This document shows, piece by piece, positions 10,381 to 25,960 of a stretch of DNA of 64,000 nucleotides. Origin of the DNA: the human T2T-CHM13v2.0 reference genome, Homo sapiens; NCBI RefSeq assembly GCF_009914755.1, contig NC_060928.1, one strand, 5' to 3'. Both the position numbers and the translations under genes were made by a program. The notes under the pieces were generated by a model. It ran no database searches. It saw nothing but the letters and a program-made list of their open reading frames with translations, and had not been told where the DNA came from. Each line of letters starts with the position of its first letter. Position 1 is the first letter of the stretch.

Positions 10381-11294
10381 CTGCTTACCTTGACATTCAG
10401 TGATTTGGACTCTGAATCTTTCATGGGATGTGTAAATTCCAATCCCAAGCATAATCCCTATAGAATGTTAATCCTTGTAAAATCTCATTCAGATATGAAA
10501 ATTTCTGCTTGTAGTGTATGCATTTTATGTTCTGACCACTATCAGTCCATTCGTCAGGCCCTTGAAATAATATCTAATAAAAAATTTATCTAGCTCCTGG
10601 TAGAAAATTATTCCTAAAGTTACCTGACTTAAAATCCCACTGAAACACATGTTCCTGCATCAGCAAATAATGGAACTATATTTCTCCTGACCTATGCAAG
10701 TCTGGCGTAAAACTTTCAGCAATTTGAAGCATGCATAATTAAATTAGTGCTATTTCTTGAGCACCTGATTGTACTGATGAAACTATGTTTATATGAATCA
10801 CAAGTTTGAGATTCAGTACTAAAAGCAAGTAAAGAAAGCAAGAAAAAAAATTACTTCTTGCTAAAGATTTTTTTAAAGTATATTATTTTGAATACTGACC
10901 TAAACATAGGGCTATTTTAGAATGACTAGCTCAGAACATACTAACAACAAAGTAATATATTGTATTCTGATACCTTTTAACTTCCTCCAGTCCAGGAAAT
11001 TCTGCAAGGACATAATAATGTGGGATCTTCCTGAAGATGAGATTAATCCCATTTGAAGTTATTCTACAAAAAAAAATTCAAACAGGTGGAATTTGTTAGT
11101 GTTAACAGGATTTGGGTTGAGAAGGAAATTCTATCTTCTGAGGCAAAAGGCATATAGAGTTTCATTTTTCCAGGATGGAGATCTCCAGTTCAGGCTGAGC
11201 AGTGAGGATTGAAATTGCCTTTGCCACAAAGTGACAGCCAGGAGGGATGTGTGCTGTCAGAGCTGCTAAGGGCCGACCCAGATATTGAGGCTAG

Positions 11295-11495
11295 TTTATT
11301 GTACATCTCAAAATAACTGAAAGAGTGGAATTAGAATGCTCCTAACACAAAGTAATAATAAATTCTTGAGGTGAGGGATACTCCACTTACCATGATTGAT
11401 CATCACACATTGTATACTTATATCAAAATATTACATGTACCCCATAAATATATGCATCTATTATGTATCCATAATAATTAAAAAATTAAAAAAGA
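11295..11495 (+). mobile_element. L1MA-type 3' end fragment
   Basis: Typical L1M 3' UTR: tcctaacacaaag...catgtaccccataaatatatg...aaaaattaaaaaa. Confidence 0.75.
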
Positions 11496-12089
11496 ACTAC
11501 TTCTAGAAGTGGCTTTCTGATTATTTTCTTATGTTTTCTAAAAGTGACCTTTGCACCTGAGTTGGGGAGATGAAGAGAATACTGTAAGTGAAGAAGCTTT
11601 GGGCCATTCCTTGCAAAACAAGCCTGTAATAAATGGCATAGATGTGTCAACAGTCTCAGTGCGGATGAAAAGCAGTAAAACAGTCAGTGTGACTAAAAAT
11701 TAGCCATTTCAAATGTGATGTTTCCCACATTGTCCTTCTTTTATTCTTATTTTTCTTCTCTTCTATTATTATCAATTTCTTATCTAGTATATACTTTTTA
11801 ATTTGATTTACAAACATATATACACATATTTAGACACAATGACATATCAAGAATTTTAAAAATATGTATCTAGCAGGATTTATTATAGATGATTGTAAGT
11901 GAAATGCCAAATAAATAGAGCTTACACAGATGAGCTTATTCACCTCATAGATAAGAGATCTGAAGATAAATAGTCCAGAAAATGAGTCCCTTCTTGCTTT
12001 CGGCTATACATACCACATTTTAATTCTTATATCCCCCTTTTACTTTTTTAGGAAATTATGGTGGCTTTAATTTGAAAATGTATCCATCA

Positions 12090-12830
12090 GACTTGTGTTT
12101 CAACTCCAACATGTGAAGAGCTTAGAAGTCATCATACCTGTCTTTACAACAAGAAGAAGCTGAACATACAGAAAATCAAGACATTTTCATGTGTCCACCA
12201 GAGAACTAAGGTCAGAGTAAATCGTCATGATGAAATCTGGAGAGACAGGCAAGTCCAGAGAGACACAATAAAAATCTTCTCACCTGGAAAAGACATCACT
12301 AAAGACAATAACTGGTAGGGTCTCTATACTTCTGGAAGCTGAGTGTAGAAGTGTAGAGTAAAAACTAGAGTGAGAATAAGAAAATCATATTTTTTTGCAG
12401 GATACACACATTTCTGGAGTTTACCTTCGGAAATCTCACCAGGTTCTCCCTGTGGAGATCTGAGAAAGACCCTCTGTTGGCTCTAGCAGGGTAGAAAATA
12501 CAAGTGTAATCATAATGAAATATAATATATGACATACACAGAGTCTTTTGCAAGGAAAAAGACTCAGTCCCTTCTAGACTTCCTGTCACATCAAAAGTGA
12601 AATAAACAAACACAAAACCTCATTGTAGCGTCAAGATTCCAAGCATGTACGTTGAGAACTTTTCAGCCAGGAAAAGGAGGCAGAGCCTGGTCTTGCAAGC
12701 AGAGCTATATTACTGAAGAAACACTTTTTAAAATCTCAAGGACAAGACCCAGACCTTATTAAAATATTAAGATTTAATAAAAACACATAAAATATTCCTG
12801 TTTTCCACACTTTACCACCACCCCAATAGG
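12090..12830 (+). mobile_element. Old L1M 5' region fragment
   Basis: aagagcttagaagtcatcatacctgtctttacaacaagaagaagctgaac resembles L1M 5' end consensus; limits approximate. Confidence 0.5.
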
Positions 12831-14677
12831 ATTCCAGTAAAATAATAGTGGAGGTGGCTGATTAGGATAGACTCACTGATGAGATATTTAAGGAAAGGCT
12901 AAAACACCATGAGGAATTTGGCAAGGCAGGTATCTTGAGTATAAGATTTCCAGGGAGAGGGGTCATCACTGAGGCAAGAATACCACTGACTGAACCAAGA
13001 AACATCAAGGAGACTACTATAGATTAAATAAGTAGGAAGAAAAAGAGAAGAGGAAGTCAAAGTGGTAACATGTAGTCAAATCATGTACAACCTTGTAGGA
13101 TATTGTGAGGGGTTAGCTTATGTGTAGTAGCAGAAAAATTTGTTAGGAAGCTGTTTTAATAATGGAAGGAAAGACAATAATGGATCTACCGAATATAGTA
13201 CCAGTGTAGACACCATGCTGTGTCTATTAAATGCTGTGTCTATTAAACCATTCAGTAGGTTTTCGCTTCTTTCCCCATGTGAACTTTTTCCCTATGACTT
13301 TGTTTTTTTTCTCAATAACGCAGTTCTGCCAGCCACAAAGGCATGAAAACCTAAAATCATTTTAATTGCTTTCTGTCATTTGCTATGAATGAATATATTC
13401 CACTAATTCTAGCTCAGGAATGTCTCTTGAAAATGATTGTACATATTGGAAATCCATAAATTTATCATTATATTTTTAATTGTTCTTACAGCTATATTCT
13501 ACCTACAGCACATCTTAAATACTTAACCTAGAACAATCATTATGAAGTTTTATATAATTTACCTATTCAAAAATCTTCATTGGCTCCTTATGCAGTTGAA
13601 ATTAAAGCTTTTCAAGTGCTGTTGAAGTGCTTGGCTCTAATATCTACTATTTGCTCTTTATCTAAACAATGCTTCAATCCAGCACAAATTCTCACTATTT
13701 ATAATATGTAAAAGATGAGTTTTTGCCTTAACAACTTTCTTATTTTGTTATCTTGGGCATGAATAACTTTCTTATGATTTAAATTTACTAGTTTAAATAT
13801 TTATACTAAATTACTGTAAATAGTCAGTCTCCTTTGGGATGCCTAGAAAAATGTCTTTCACTCACTTAATATTTTCTGATCTCATGAGTAAATTATTTTA
13901 CCGAAGTAATGTATTACATCATTTTAGAAAAGATAATAGTTTTAATGACTCAAATGTTTTAAGTGATTTTATCAGTAAATTTTGTCTCATTAGATGTTAT
14001 AATCTAGATTATTAGCAAGGGAAAAATAATACAACAAATTAATACCAAAATTCAAATTCAAAATAAACATTTATACTGGAAAAAATGAACCAAATGCAAA
14101 ATGCGAACTATATCCAACTTCTTTTCACTATAATATATGTTATACAAATTCAAATGAGTAATTACAAACACTTGGAAAACTTAGCTAAGCATTAGTTGTG
14201 CCATTGATAACTAAACAATGAGGCTTTCTCAGCTACGAATAACAGAGACAAGATGTAAAAATAATTTTAGAAGATACCACATTTTCCCTTTCAAACACTG
14301 ATGTTTTGTGAGGAGAAAAAATACATCATAACTAGGCTAAAAGAACATTATGTATTGGAGTTTTTTTTTTTTCTGAATTTACCAACATCTTTGGCCCACA
14401 CTTATTGGCCAGAGTGAAATTAGAAACTTCCACATAGCTTTGGCATAGTAGTGGAAAATCAGGAGGGGAACTCTATTTTTCAGGCTTATGTAAGGAAAAT
14501 TGTGAGCCTATGTAAGTCTGTAGGAAGCACTTCAAACATAGTGCAAGGCAGAGACAATGAATCATTATTAGATAGTACCTAAATAGGTGAATTAAATAAT
14601 TTTTTGACACACCATGGTCTTATAATTCTATGTAGAGGCTCCCTGGGTCCCAGTCTTCCCAATAAAATACATGAAAT

Positions 14678-15495
<818 letters not shown>

Positions 15496-16120
15496 AAGCT
15501 ACTTAGATTGCATGTGGTTAGTAGAAAGTCAGGTTGGAAAAATAATACCTCTGTGGTTGGAAATATTGAGCCTGGAAGCCCATGGCCAAAACTCCACTGT
15601 TAGGAATCAGCCACTGAAAGAGCCCAAGAACATCAGACACACCTCAACAGTCTTCAGTTCATGTAACAAACTAGTTTGCTAACAACCCAGAAATTTGAAA
15701 GTCTAGAGGTCTTGTTGGATCTGCAGAATCAATTTTCCCTCTGTACTGTAAGTTTGTAAGCTAGTTTGTAAACTAGAAAGGGAAGGAAGTGGTAGCAGAT
15801 ATCTGAAAGACTGAGTATTTAACTCTATAGAGAAATTCTCAGAGCTATAGTATATATCTCTATGGTGTTTGTCTGCAAAAGCTTGAAATACACAAATAAA
15901 CTACTCAAATTAAGTTATTCTAACATAACTAGAATATATTTCGTTAACTTTGCACTTGTACCTACTTCATTAAAAAGCAGATATCAGTTAGAGGAAAAAA
16001 AGTACAAGTATAGCTCCACCAACTACTAACATAACTATGGTAGTTCTTTTCCTAAAGATAAAGCTAAGAAACCTGTTTCACCAGCTGTATTAGTATAAGA
16101 CTAAGACATGTTTCACCATC

Positions 16121-18456
16121 TGTATTAGCTCGTTTTCACACTGCCAATAGAGACATACCTGAGACCGGGCAATTTATAAAAGAAAGAGGTTTAATGGGCT
16201 TACAGTTCCACATGGTTGGGGAGGCCTCGCAATCATGGCAGAAGGTGAAAGACACATCTCACGAGGCAGTAGACAAGAGAAGAGAGAGTGTGCAGGGAAA
16301 CTCCCATTTTTAAAACCATCAGATCTTGTGAGACTCATTCACTATGATGAGAACAACACCAGAAAGACCTGCCACCCTGATTCAGTTACCTCCAACTGCA
16401 TCCATCCCACAACATGTGGGCATTCAATATGATATTTGGATAAGCACACAGCCAAACCATATAATTCCACACTTGGCCCTTCCCAAATCTCATGTCCTCA
16501 CATTTCAAAACCAATCATGCCTTCCCAACAGCCCCCAAAGTCTTAACTCATTTCAGCATTAACTCAGAAGTCCACAGTCCAAAGTCTCATCTGAGACAAG
16601 GCAAGTCCTTTATGCCTATGAGCCTTTATACATTTTCTTATGTTCCTCTGAGCCCTCCAAACTGTTCCAGAATCTTCCTGTTACCCAGTTCAAAAGCAAG
16701 TTAGTTACTTCCTAGATACAATGGGGATACAGGTATTGGGTAAATACAACCATTCCAAATGGGAGAAATTGGCCAAAACAAAGGGGCTAAAGGCCCCATG
16801 CAAGTCTGAAACCCAGTGGGGCAGTCAAATCTTAAAGCTCCAAAAAGCTCTCCTTTGACTCCATGTCTCACATCCATGTCACACTGATGCAAGAGGTGGG
16901 TTCCTATGGTCTTGGGCAACTCTGCCCACATGGCTTTGCAGGGTACATCTTCCCTCCCATCTGCTTTCACAGGCTCACATGAAATTGAGTGTCTGAAGCT
17001 TTTCCAGGTGCATGATCCAAGCTGTCTGCAGATATATTCTTCTGGGGTCTGGAGAATGATGGCCCTCTTCTCACAGTTCCACTAGGCAGTGCCCCAGTAG
17101 GGACTCTGTGTGGAGGCTCCAACCCCACATTTCCCTTCTGTATCACTGTAGCAGAGGTTCTCCGTGAGGGCCCCCGACTGCAGCAGACTTCTGCCTGGGC
17201 ATCCAGTCATTCCCATACATCCTCTGAAATCCAGGAGGATGTTCCCAAGCCTCTATTCTTGACTTCTGTGCACCCACACTCCCAACACCACAAGGAAACT
17301 GTCAAGGCTTGGGGCTTCCAACCTCTGAAACAACAGCCCAAGCTGTGTCTTGGCCCCTTTTAGTCACAGCTGGAGCAGCTGGGATGCAGGACACCAAGTC
17401 TCCATACTGCAAACAACAGAGGGACCCTGGGCCTGGTCCAGAAACCACCTTTTCCTTCTAGGTCTCTGGGCCTGTGATGGGAGGGACTGCTGTGAAGACC
17501 TCTGACATTTCCTGGAGACATTTTCCCCATTGTCTTGGGGATTAACATTTGGCTCCTCATTACTTATGCACATTTCTGTGGCCAGCTTTAATGTTTCCTC
17601 AGAAAATGGGATTTTCTTTTCTATTGCATTGTCAGACTGCAAATTTTCCAAGCTTTTATACTCTGCTTCCTTCATAAAACTGAATGCCTTTAACAGCACC
17701 CAAATCACCTCTTGAATGCTTTGCTGCTTGAAATGTTTTCCACCAGATACCGTAAATCATCTCTGTCAAGTTAAATTCCACAAATCTCTAGGTCAGGGGC
17801 ATAATGCCACCAGTCTTTTTGCTAAAACATTGCAAGAGTCACCTTTGCTCCAGTTCCCAAAAAGTTCCTCATCTTCGTCTGAGACCACCTCAAGCCTGGA
17901 CCTTATTGTTCATATCACTATCAGCATTTTTGTCAAAGCTATTCCACAAGTCTCTAGAAAGTTCCAAACTTTCTCACATTTCCTTATCTTCATCTAAGCC
18001 CTCCAAACTGTTCCAATCTCTGCCTGTTACCCAGTTCCAAAGTCGCTTCCATATTTTTCTGATATTTTTTCAGCAATGCCCCACTCTACTGGTACCAGTT
18101 TCTTATGTTAGTCTGTTTTCATTTTGCTGATAAACACCTGCCTGAGACGGGGTAATTTACAAAAGAAAGAGGTTTATTGGACTTAACAGTTCCACATGGC
18201 TGGAGATGCCTCACGATCATGGTAGAAGGCAAAAGGCATGTCTTACAAGGTGGCAGACAAGAGAAGAGAGCTTGTGCAGGGAAACTCCCCTTTTTAAAAC
18301 TATCAGGTCTCGTGAGACTTATTCACTGTCAGAAGACAAGCACAGCGAAGACCTGCCTCCATGATTCAATTCATGAGTCAATTCCCACCAGGTCCCTCCC
18401 ACAACACATGGGAATTCAAGATGAGATGTGGGTGGGGATACAGCCAAACCATATCA
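16121..18456 (-). mobile_element. Full-length THE1 element on the minus strand: LTRs ~16121-16464 and ~18104-18456
   Basis: Reverse complement of the same LTR-internal-LTR structure as 7504-9752, ending cagccaaaccatatca. TSD not clean. Confidence 0.95.
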
Positions 18457-18497
18457 CCCACCCAACTTTCTGAACCAAGCAGTTAGTACTTCATGAG

Positions 18498-18934
18498 TGT
18501 GGTAGGCTCATCAATAATCCCCAAATATGTCCATGTCCTAACTCCTGAAAACTGTGAATATATTATCTTAGATGGCAAAAAGGACTTTGTGTATTTTATT
18601 AAGTTAAGGATCTTGAGATTGGGAGATCATCCTGCATTATCCCACTGCCTCTTGTGTAATCACATGGTCATTAAAATAGACAGGCAAGAAGTCAATTGGT
18701 GATAGTGGAGAGAGTGGGAAGATGTTACACTGCAAAGCAGCCTTGAAAGTTAGAGAAAGGCAGACATTAGAAGCTGGAAAATACTATTTCTTCCCTAGAG
18801 CCTCCAGAAGAAAAGCAGCCCTAAGAACACATTTTAGACTTCTGACAACTAAAACCGTGAAGTAACTTATTTATATTGCTTAAGGTCACTATGTTTTTGG
18901 CAATTTGTTACAGCAGAAATAGGAAACATATACA
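18498..18934 (+). mobile_element. MLT1 (MLT1D-like) solo LTR
   Basis: tgtggtagg...gatggcaaaaaggactttg...aattttgttacagcag-like 3' end...taca. Flanks atgag / atggg. Confidence 0.85.
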
Positions 18935-20949
18935 ATGGGTCTAGAAATTGTTTTCACTTTCTCCAATACAGAATTGAGTCATTGGCTCCCATTTTAGCCA
19001 TGCAAAGGGGCACAGTAGGAAAAAGAGGACAGGAGAATATGCAAAGTATCAATTATTTCCTCAGCAGCAACAAGCAAAGCAACAGGTTTGCAGCACAACT
19101 AAACACCCCAGTTCCTGTAATAACAAGTGTTATTCTTCAACCACTATTAAGAGAAACAATGAGTAAACAAGGCTAAAACATGAAAAAGCTGGAGAAGTGC
19201 ATCAGAGATAATGAGTCATTAGGATACAAAGTAAAATGCTCACAAATATTAGATAAATCTATTAATTGATAAAGAATATTTTATAATGTCATATTTCACA
19301 ATAGTCATCTTTGGTCATAGATTTGATTTTTGGCTAGTCCATAAATTACTCTTATTATAAGATTTCAGAAAATATTTTTTGACATATTGCACATAGCTTT
19401 AGCTATTTCCATACCTCACAATGCCAAAATGCATTAACTTTAAAGAATAAGACTGCAGGTTATTCTAAATAGAAAACATGTTTTTTTTTTCTTTAAAACA
19501 ATCACTTTCATTTCTGTGAAAGAAATTACACAAATTATTTGCCACTAAAAGAGACACACACAAATCTGGTATATGTCATTATGGGGAGACTATGCTATTC
19601 TAATGTGTTCAGCTATGTGATTTAAATTTTAGAAGCAGCCATGCAGAGTTTAGAATCATACTGCATGAACATCTATTCTCATTATACATTTATTAATTAA
19701 AACTGGATTTAACTCTCTTTTTTATGAGAAGAACAGAAAGATGTTGGTGCTTTGGGAAGTATCTTTAAGTCAGTTCTTGTGTTAGTAGCATAGGATGGAT
19801 GTAATTAACTTCTACTTTGGGCCTTGCGTGTATCTGTAAGAACTGTGGATTTTACCTGACACACAATCTTGTAAGGGCAAATGGCTGGGTTTATATTGCG
19901 TTAGATTCAACATTACTTATGATTACCAGCTGGACTTATAATGAAGTGTCTGTCATTGAGTTTCCAACAGTAAGGCTTCTGCCAAATTTAAAGCAAATTA
20001 ATGAAACTTGTTCACTGAAGGGAGACATTGGCATTAAAGTTTGGCAGATGTTATTTGTCACCCACTGCAGGATATGGTTTTAGCTTGATTTTGCTATTGT
20101 AATCTATGTATACTGGAGAGAATATAACCCAGAGAATCACAAAACTAGTTTTATTTACAATATTATTTAAATATTATGTTGGTCTAGTTGCTGAATAGTC
20201 TCACTTTCACAAGAATATACACTGAAGCTATGTGTGTCTGTTTATAATTCAAATATCCTATATTTGATTTATTCAACAAATGTATATTTGTCTCAAGGAG
20301 ATTGTAATCATATGATAAAAAAGTAAGTTACTATGGTTGAAAAATCTATAGTGCTTCAGCATGTAACCCTGATAACAATACTTGAAATGGTTTTTTAATC
20401 TCTATTTTAAGGAAGAGAAATGAGTTTAGTAATTTTCTAGACACCTAAATAAGTGTAAATTCAAGGCTATCACTAGTTTTATCCATTAAAAGTCATAATA
20501 TGCTACATGAAAGGCAGTGCATTGCAAGGTTTTATTAGAAATGAGAGCACTCTGAAGTAGAAAGAGTTAGAAATTACATACATTTGAACAAGAATGGGAT
20601 TCACAAAAATGGCTACATTTTGGTCTCACCATAAAGAAAGAGGATATCACTGATGTTTCTTCATATCTGCACAGTCACCATCAACACTGACATACATCTA
20701 GTATGCATACATTCACTATATTGGGCTTTTTAAAATTGCTTCTTTAGACAATATATTTTTCTAATTAATTTAACCTTCCTACCTATATATTTCACAGGGA
20801 TCTTCTGGGTTTGTTGCTGTTCTTTCCAAAGTATTTCCTTCAAGAATATTTTCACAGAAGATTTCTTTTCAGTCTCGTGTGCATGAATATCTTGGATAGG
20901 CCATGTTATTTACATGATATTTTGACCAATATGTACATTTTTGATGCTT

Positions 20950-21680
20950 AATACATGCATTAGATTGGTTAAAATTAAAATATAGGTGACCACATGGTTT
21001 TAGCTATTTCCTAAATTGATGGTGAGGCCATGGGGCAACTGGAAATCTACTGCATTGCTAGTGGAAATGCAAAATGGTAAAAACACTTTAGAAAAAATTT
21101 GGAAGCTCTTAAAAAATTAAACATCCCCATGCCATATTACTCAGACATCCCATTCCTACTTACCCAAGTAAAATAAAAATATACCCAAAGATTTCTACAT
21201 TTAAAAATGTATATAGTAGCTTTATTGTAATAGCACTGAGCTAAAAATAATTTGAATGTTCATCAGTAAATGAATGGATAAACAAATTAGACTATACTCA
21301 TTTAATAGAATACTATTAAACAATACAATGATATGGAATACTGATACGTGCAAAAACACAAATGAATTTTAAGAAAATTATGTAAATACAAAAAACTAGG
21401 CAGAAGAGAAGAGTATATAGAATTAGAGAAATGTATATAACCTCAAGAAAATAGAAATAAATAAATGTGGCAGAAATCACATCAGTAGCTCCGTGAGAAT
21501 TTTACCTGTAGGACAGATGTTTACAATATGAGCCAAAAGAAAACTTTTGGGGTGATGGAAATGTCTGCTGTCTTGATCAAGGTTATGATTTCAGGATGTA
21601 TTAATTTGTTAAAATTTATCCAATTATACACTTTAAGTACATACAGTTTATTGTATTTCAATTAAAACCCCATAAAGTTA
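20950..21680 (+). mobile_element. Old L1ME-type 3' fragment
   Basis: gcaactggaa...gctagtggaaatgcaaaatggt, aatgaatggataaacaaatt and ttttggggtgatggaaatgt. Confidence 0.75.
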
Positions 21681-23884
21681 TAATTCTTTAAATCACTGAA
21701 AGGCAGTGTCAATTTCTTTCAACTCTTTGAAGTATTTGTGCTATTATTATTTTATTTACAATGTAGCTATTGAAAATTTTGCTGTTATTTTGACTCTTGT
21801 TCCTTTTTAACTGCTGGTTCAAAAATGATTTTAGAATAGTTTTCTTTGATATGATCACATTTTATTGATACATACCTACATGTATATTTCCAGCTTTTTT
21901 ACCAGCTTGATTTCTTTGACCTGAATTTCTGCATTTCTACCTCACTAATGTTGATGCTTTACAGTTATAAATGTTTAACTTAATTTTATTATCATTATTA
22001 TTTCAAATTATCCGATTACATTATTCATCTCAACTTTTAGTTCCATAAATATGTTCAAAGTTTGTGCATGATGACCCGATGATATATGACCCTGTTGATT
22101 GATTCTATTGACTTGATTTCAAACATAATATCTTCTCTCCTTGTGTTACTATCAATTTTTGTTTAAATGCCTAGTACTTTATATAAAAATATTTAAAATA
22201 CTTTGAGGCCTAGAATGATATTGTATTCCTCTTGAGAGAATTTATTATTGCTTCTGTCAACATCTAGGTGTAGAAACAATCATAAATCACCATAGTACAA
22301 TTTCAGAGATTTATATATTTTGGCCCTGTCTGGACCCTGTGGTTCCACTTCACCCCTGGTGCTTACATTGCCTTTCGTAGTCTTTATTCCAACGTTGACT
22401 TTTACCACGGAAGGCGTTCTTAGCTGACTATAGAATCCTTTTTTTCTTTCTTTCTCTCTCCAGAAAGTTATGAAAAGTAGTGATTTTTTGCTTGGTTTCT
22501 CAGTCTCTCAGCTAATTGTTCTGAATTGGCAGACATCTTTGGGTAAAGAATGATTTCAAACATACGGCTCGCATTTCTGTTCTTTCTCTTTTAGATTTTG
22601 ATTACATACGATTATTCTTTCTTCTTTTTTTTTCAATCCCTCCAGGTTTCCTAGTTATTCACCTTGGAAGAGTGGATGAAAATTTCCTGGCTAACCATTA
22701 CCAAAAATATAATCTCCCTGAGTGGGTAACTTTTCACTGTTATTTACATTTGACTAAATGTGTAAACTAGAATGGTATATCGAAAATAATATTTAAAAAA
22801 GTAAAAGCTGGAGGGTACGAAATACAGAGTTTACTTTTAAAATAGAATTAAATGTTTAGTTTTAATAAAATAAAAGAAATACTAGATAGCAAAAATAACT
22901 TCGCTTTTCTTCATAGAATTCATATAACAATTTTATATATTTGGCAAAGGTCAATTAAATTACCCTTAGGACTCATATTCCCTTCTGCATGAAGACACGA
23001 GTAAATTATAACTTTTTTTTCTGATACTAAGGAAAAGGTACCCCCACTACACCACTTGCCAAGTGTTGTAAGAACAATGTGTGCCCTAAGCACTTTGCAA
23101 AATTCCTTCTAGTATTTAGTTGTATCTATATACAAGTTAAACTTAAAAGTTTGCTGTAAAATTTTAAAAATATTTTAACACAACTTTAAAATAATATGAG
23201 TGTAAATTGAACCTCATTTTTGAAAATATAAAAATTTATATGTACAAGATTACAACATTTTTAAACATTTAGACATTTATTGATTTTTACTTAAAATTTT
23301 TTCTTTGATATTTTGGAGTCAATAGTTTTTTCCTATAAGCCTCCAATAATTTTATTTCAATGGTTAAAAAAATAGAAATATCTTTAAAATGAATGAGAAT
23401 ACCTTTTCTTAATTTTAATATAATAACTACTATAGCTTTAAATTCTCTTACACGGGAAAATGACTGAAGAAAAAAAATCTGTCAGAAAATTTATATCCCA
23501 CATATTATCCCACAAGTGGCATACTTCAATCACTCAATGGCACATTTCAATCAAACAGTACTTTGCCATTTTAGCTGAGTCATAGAGAGTTTTTGTTAAA
23601 ATATTTCAGGACAACTTCTATTATTAGTGATGTATTGGCAGTAACTATACACCTCTTTTGAAACCCTAATTAGAATAGACATTTTTAAGAAACATTTGAA
23701 CACAAAATATACTGGGTCATTGATCCCAGGAAGTCCTATCCGGATTGACTCATACCATTTGATAATGGTGATTCACAGAAGACATACCTTATGTAAGTAG
23801 GAAAAAAAAAAGGAAATCATTGATATGTAAAGTTTGAAATTAATTGTATACTGTGTACTATATACTTAATTAAAATTGCTTTAA

Positions 23885-24460
23885 AAAACTAAAACAATCC
23901 AGTTATCCATCAACTATCAAATGGATAAATCTTGGGTTAATAATATAAATTTTGGAGGGTTATATAATTTGGGGTTTTTGTTATAATTATTGTATTATTA
24001 ATATAAATAATAATTATGACTTATTAATGATGATTATAAAATAATGGTTTTGGGTTATTAATATAGATAACAATAAATATGTGATTTATTGTCAATTATA
24101 CCAATTATTGTTTGGCAACCAAAAAAATTCTACTGATATACACAACACTATAGATATATCTGAAAAGTATGATGCTGAACTAATAAAGCCAGATATAAAA
24201 TACTTCATGTATGACTTCATTTCTTTTAAATTATATACAAGTTAAAACTATAGAGAAGGAAAACATCAGTGGTTGCCAAGATCCAGCAGGAAATGTGATA
24301 GCAAAGGGGTAGAAGGAGAATGTTGGTGTTGAGGGAAACATTCTACATCCTGGATTCGTGATGATGGTGCACACCTATATCATTTTCAATACTTATCCGA
24401 TTGTACACTTAAAAACAGTGATTTTTACTCTGCTTAAATTATGTTTTAATAAAAGTTTAT
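23885..24460 (+). mobile_element. Old L1ME-type 3' fragment with an AT-rich low-complexity insert
   Basis: tccatcaac..aaatggataaa, gctgaactaataaagccaga and catcagtggttgcc motifs. Confidence 0.6.
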
Positions 24461-25814
24461 TTTAGAACACTATTTAAACAATAATCAGTAAGATAAATAG
24501 CCACATATTTATGTTCATAGTCAGTATCAAAGTTTAAATTTATCCCTTCCTAAGTGAGGTTAACTATTCTATTGAGTCCTCTGTGTTTTTCCTTAGGGAG
24601 GTGGACTGTTCACAGTAACGTTTTCCATCTTAGAGGCTCCTGGAAAATCCTAATACGGAAGCATTAGAGTCAACAATATGAACAAACACTGTGTTGAAGA
24701 ACATGTGCCTTTAGTTTCCATTTCCCATTTGGACAAACTTTGCTCTGTAAATTTTTATTTCATTTCTCCTTTAAGTCCATGTTGCTGATGATTAACATTT
24801 CTTGAATATTAGCCTGTAGGTTTTGAAGATTATTCAGCACTTAATTAATCTTTTGAAATCATTCTCACATATCTCTCCTAGCTCTGACCTCTTTTAAGAG
24901 GACGATTTTTACAGCAATGGAAGAAAGTGTATTAACTCAATTAACAATTGAACAAGCAAAGTCCTCTGCTCTTTGCCTCAGTACACTTAGGCAAAAGGCA
25001 ATAAATTCACACTTCATCCTCTGCCTGTCAGCAAGTAAGTTATTTGTGAGAGTCCAATAACCCCCAACTAACTTCAGCGATGTAAGACATATACAGAGAT
25101 TTGAATTGTGCAAATATGGTATCACTATCATGTTAACAGATAAACAAATTGAGATGTAAAGAGTCTTGTTCAGTGTCAACAGGCAAGAAAATGCTGAAAT
25201 CAAACCTCGAATGAAGATCTACCTTCCAATTTACTTTTATTTTTAACATACCTTGTTGCTAGATATTGACTTAATGAGAAATACAGTATATTCTTTCTAA
25301 GATGTCATGCACTAATTATTTCATTGAATAACCCATCTACCCTCTACATGCTATTTAGACATCCTGGGAATTAGTAAATCATGACCAAAATAAAAACTAT
25401 TAAAAGGTATAATTTTATTGTTTAATGTAAGCCAAATATTAAAAAATTCATTACATATATCCAATGGTATATTTATAATAAGCAGAATATTTTTTCTTTC
25501 TTATATATGTGTATATTACTGTACATAGAATATGTTCACTTTAAGGTCTAAAAGAATCAGCAATAGCAAGAAACAGTATGCTGTAAATTATGAATCAGTT
25601 GTTTCATCCATGCTGACATAAAATATGTCCATTATTTTTTCTAAATTTAAAACAATGTCATGTTTAATTCCCAACAGATATGAAAGGATACTAAGCCATA
25701 ATATTGCGACACCAGTGTCAGCAAATTGAAAGTGGCAAACAAAGAAAAGGGAGCTTAGTTACTATTCATGAAGGTTGTACATTTTCTCTATTGACTCCAA
25801 ATGATCGTTTAATT

Positions 25815-25960
25815 CTTTTTTCTATGATGCCTAGGCTCAAGTGCAGTACCTATTCATCATTGCTATCATAGTACACTGTACCCTTGAATTACAGGGCTTC
25901 AGAGATCCTCCTGCTTCAGTCTCTGGAGTAACTGAGACTACAGGTGTGCGCCACCTCACA
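25815..25960 (-). mobile_element. FAM-like fossil Alu monomer
   Basis: Single monomer retaining a degenerate 7SL-derived ctattca...atcatag segment absent from dimeric Alus. Confidence 0.7.

Noticed and set aside
23930-24080. AT-rich tract with TTTTGGG motifs resembling telomeric or organellar DNA
   Set aside because: No regular periodicity or recognisable homology; treated as a low-complexity insert in an old L1.
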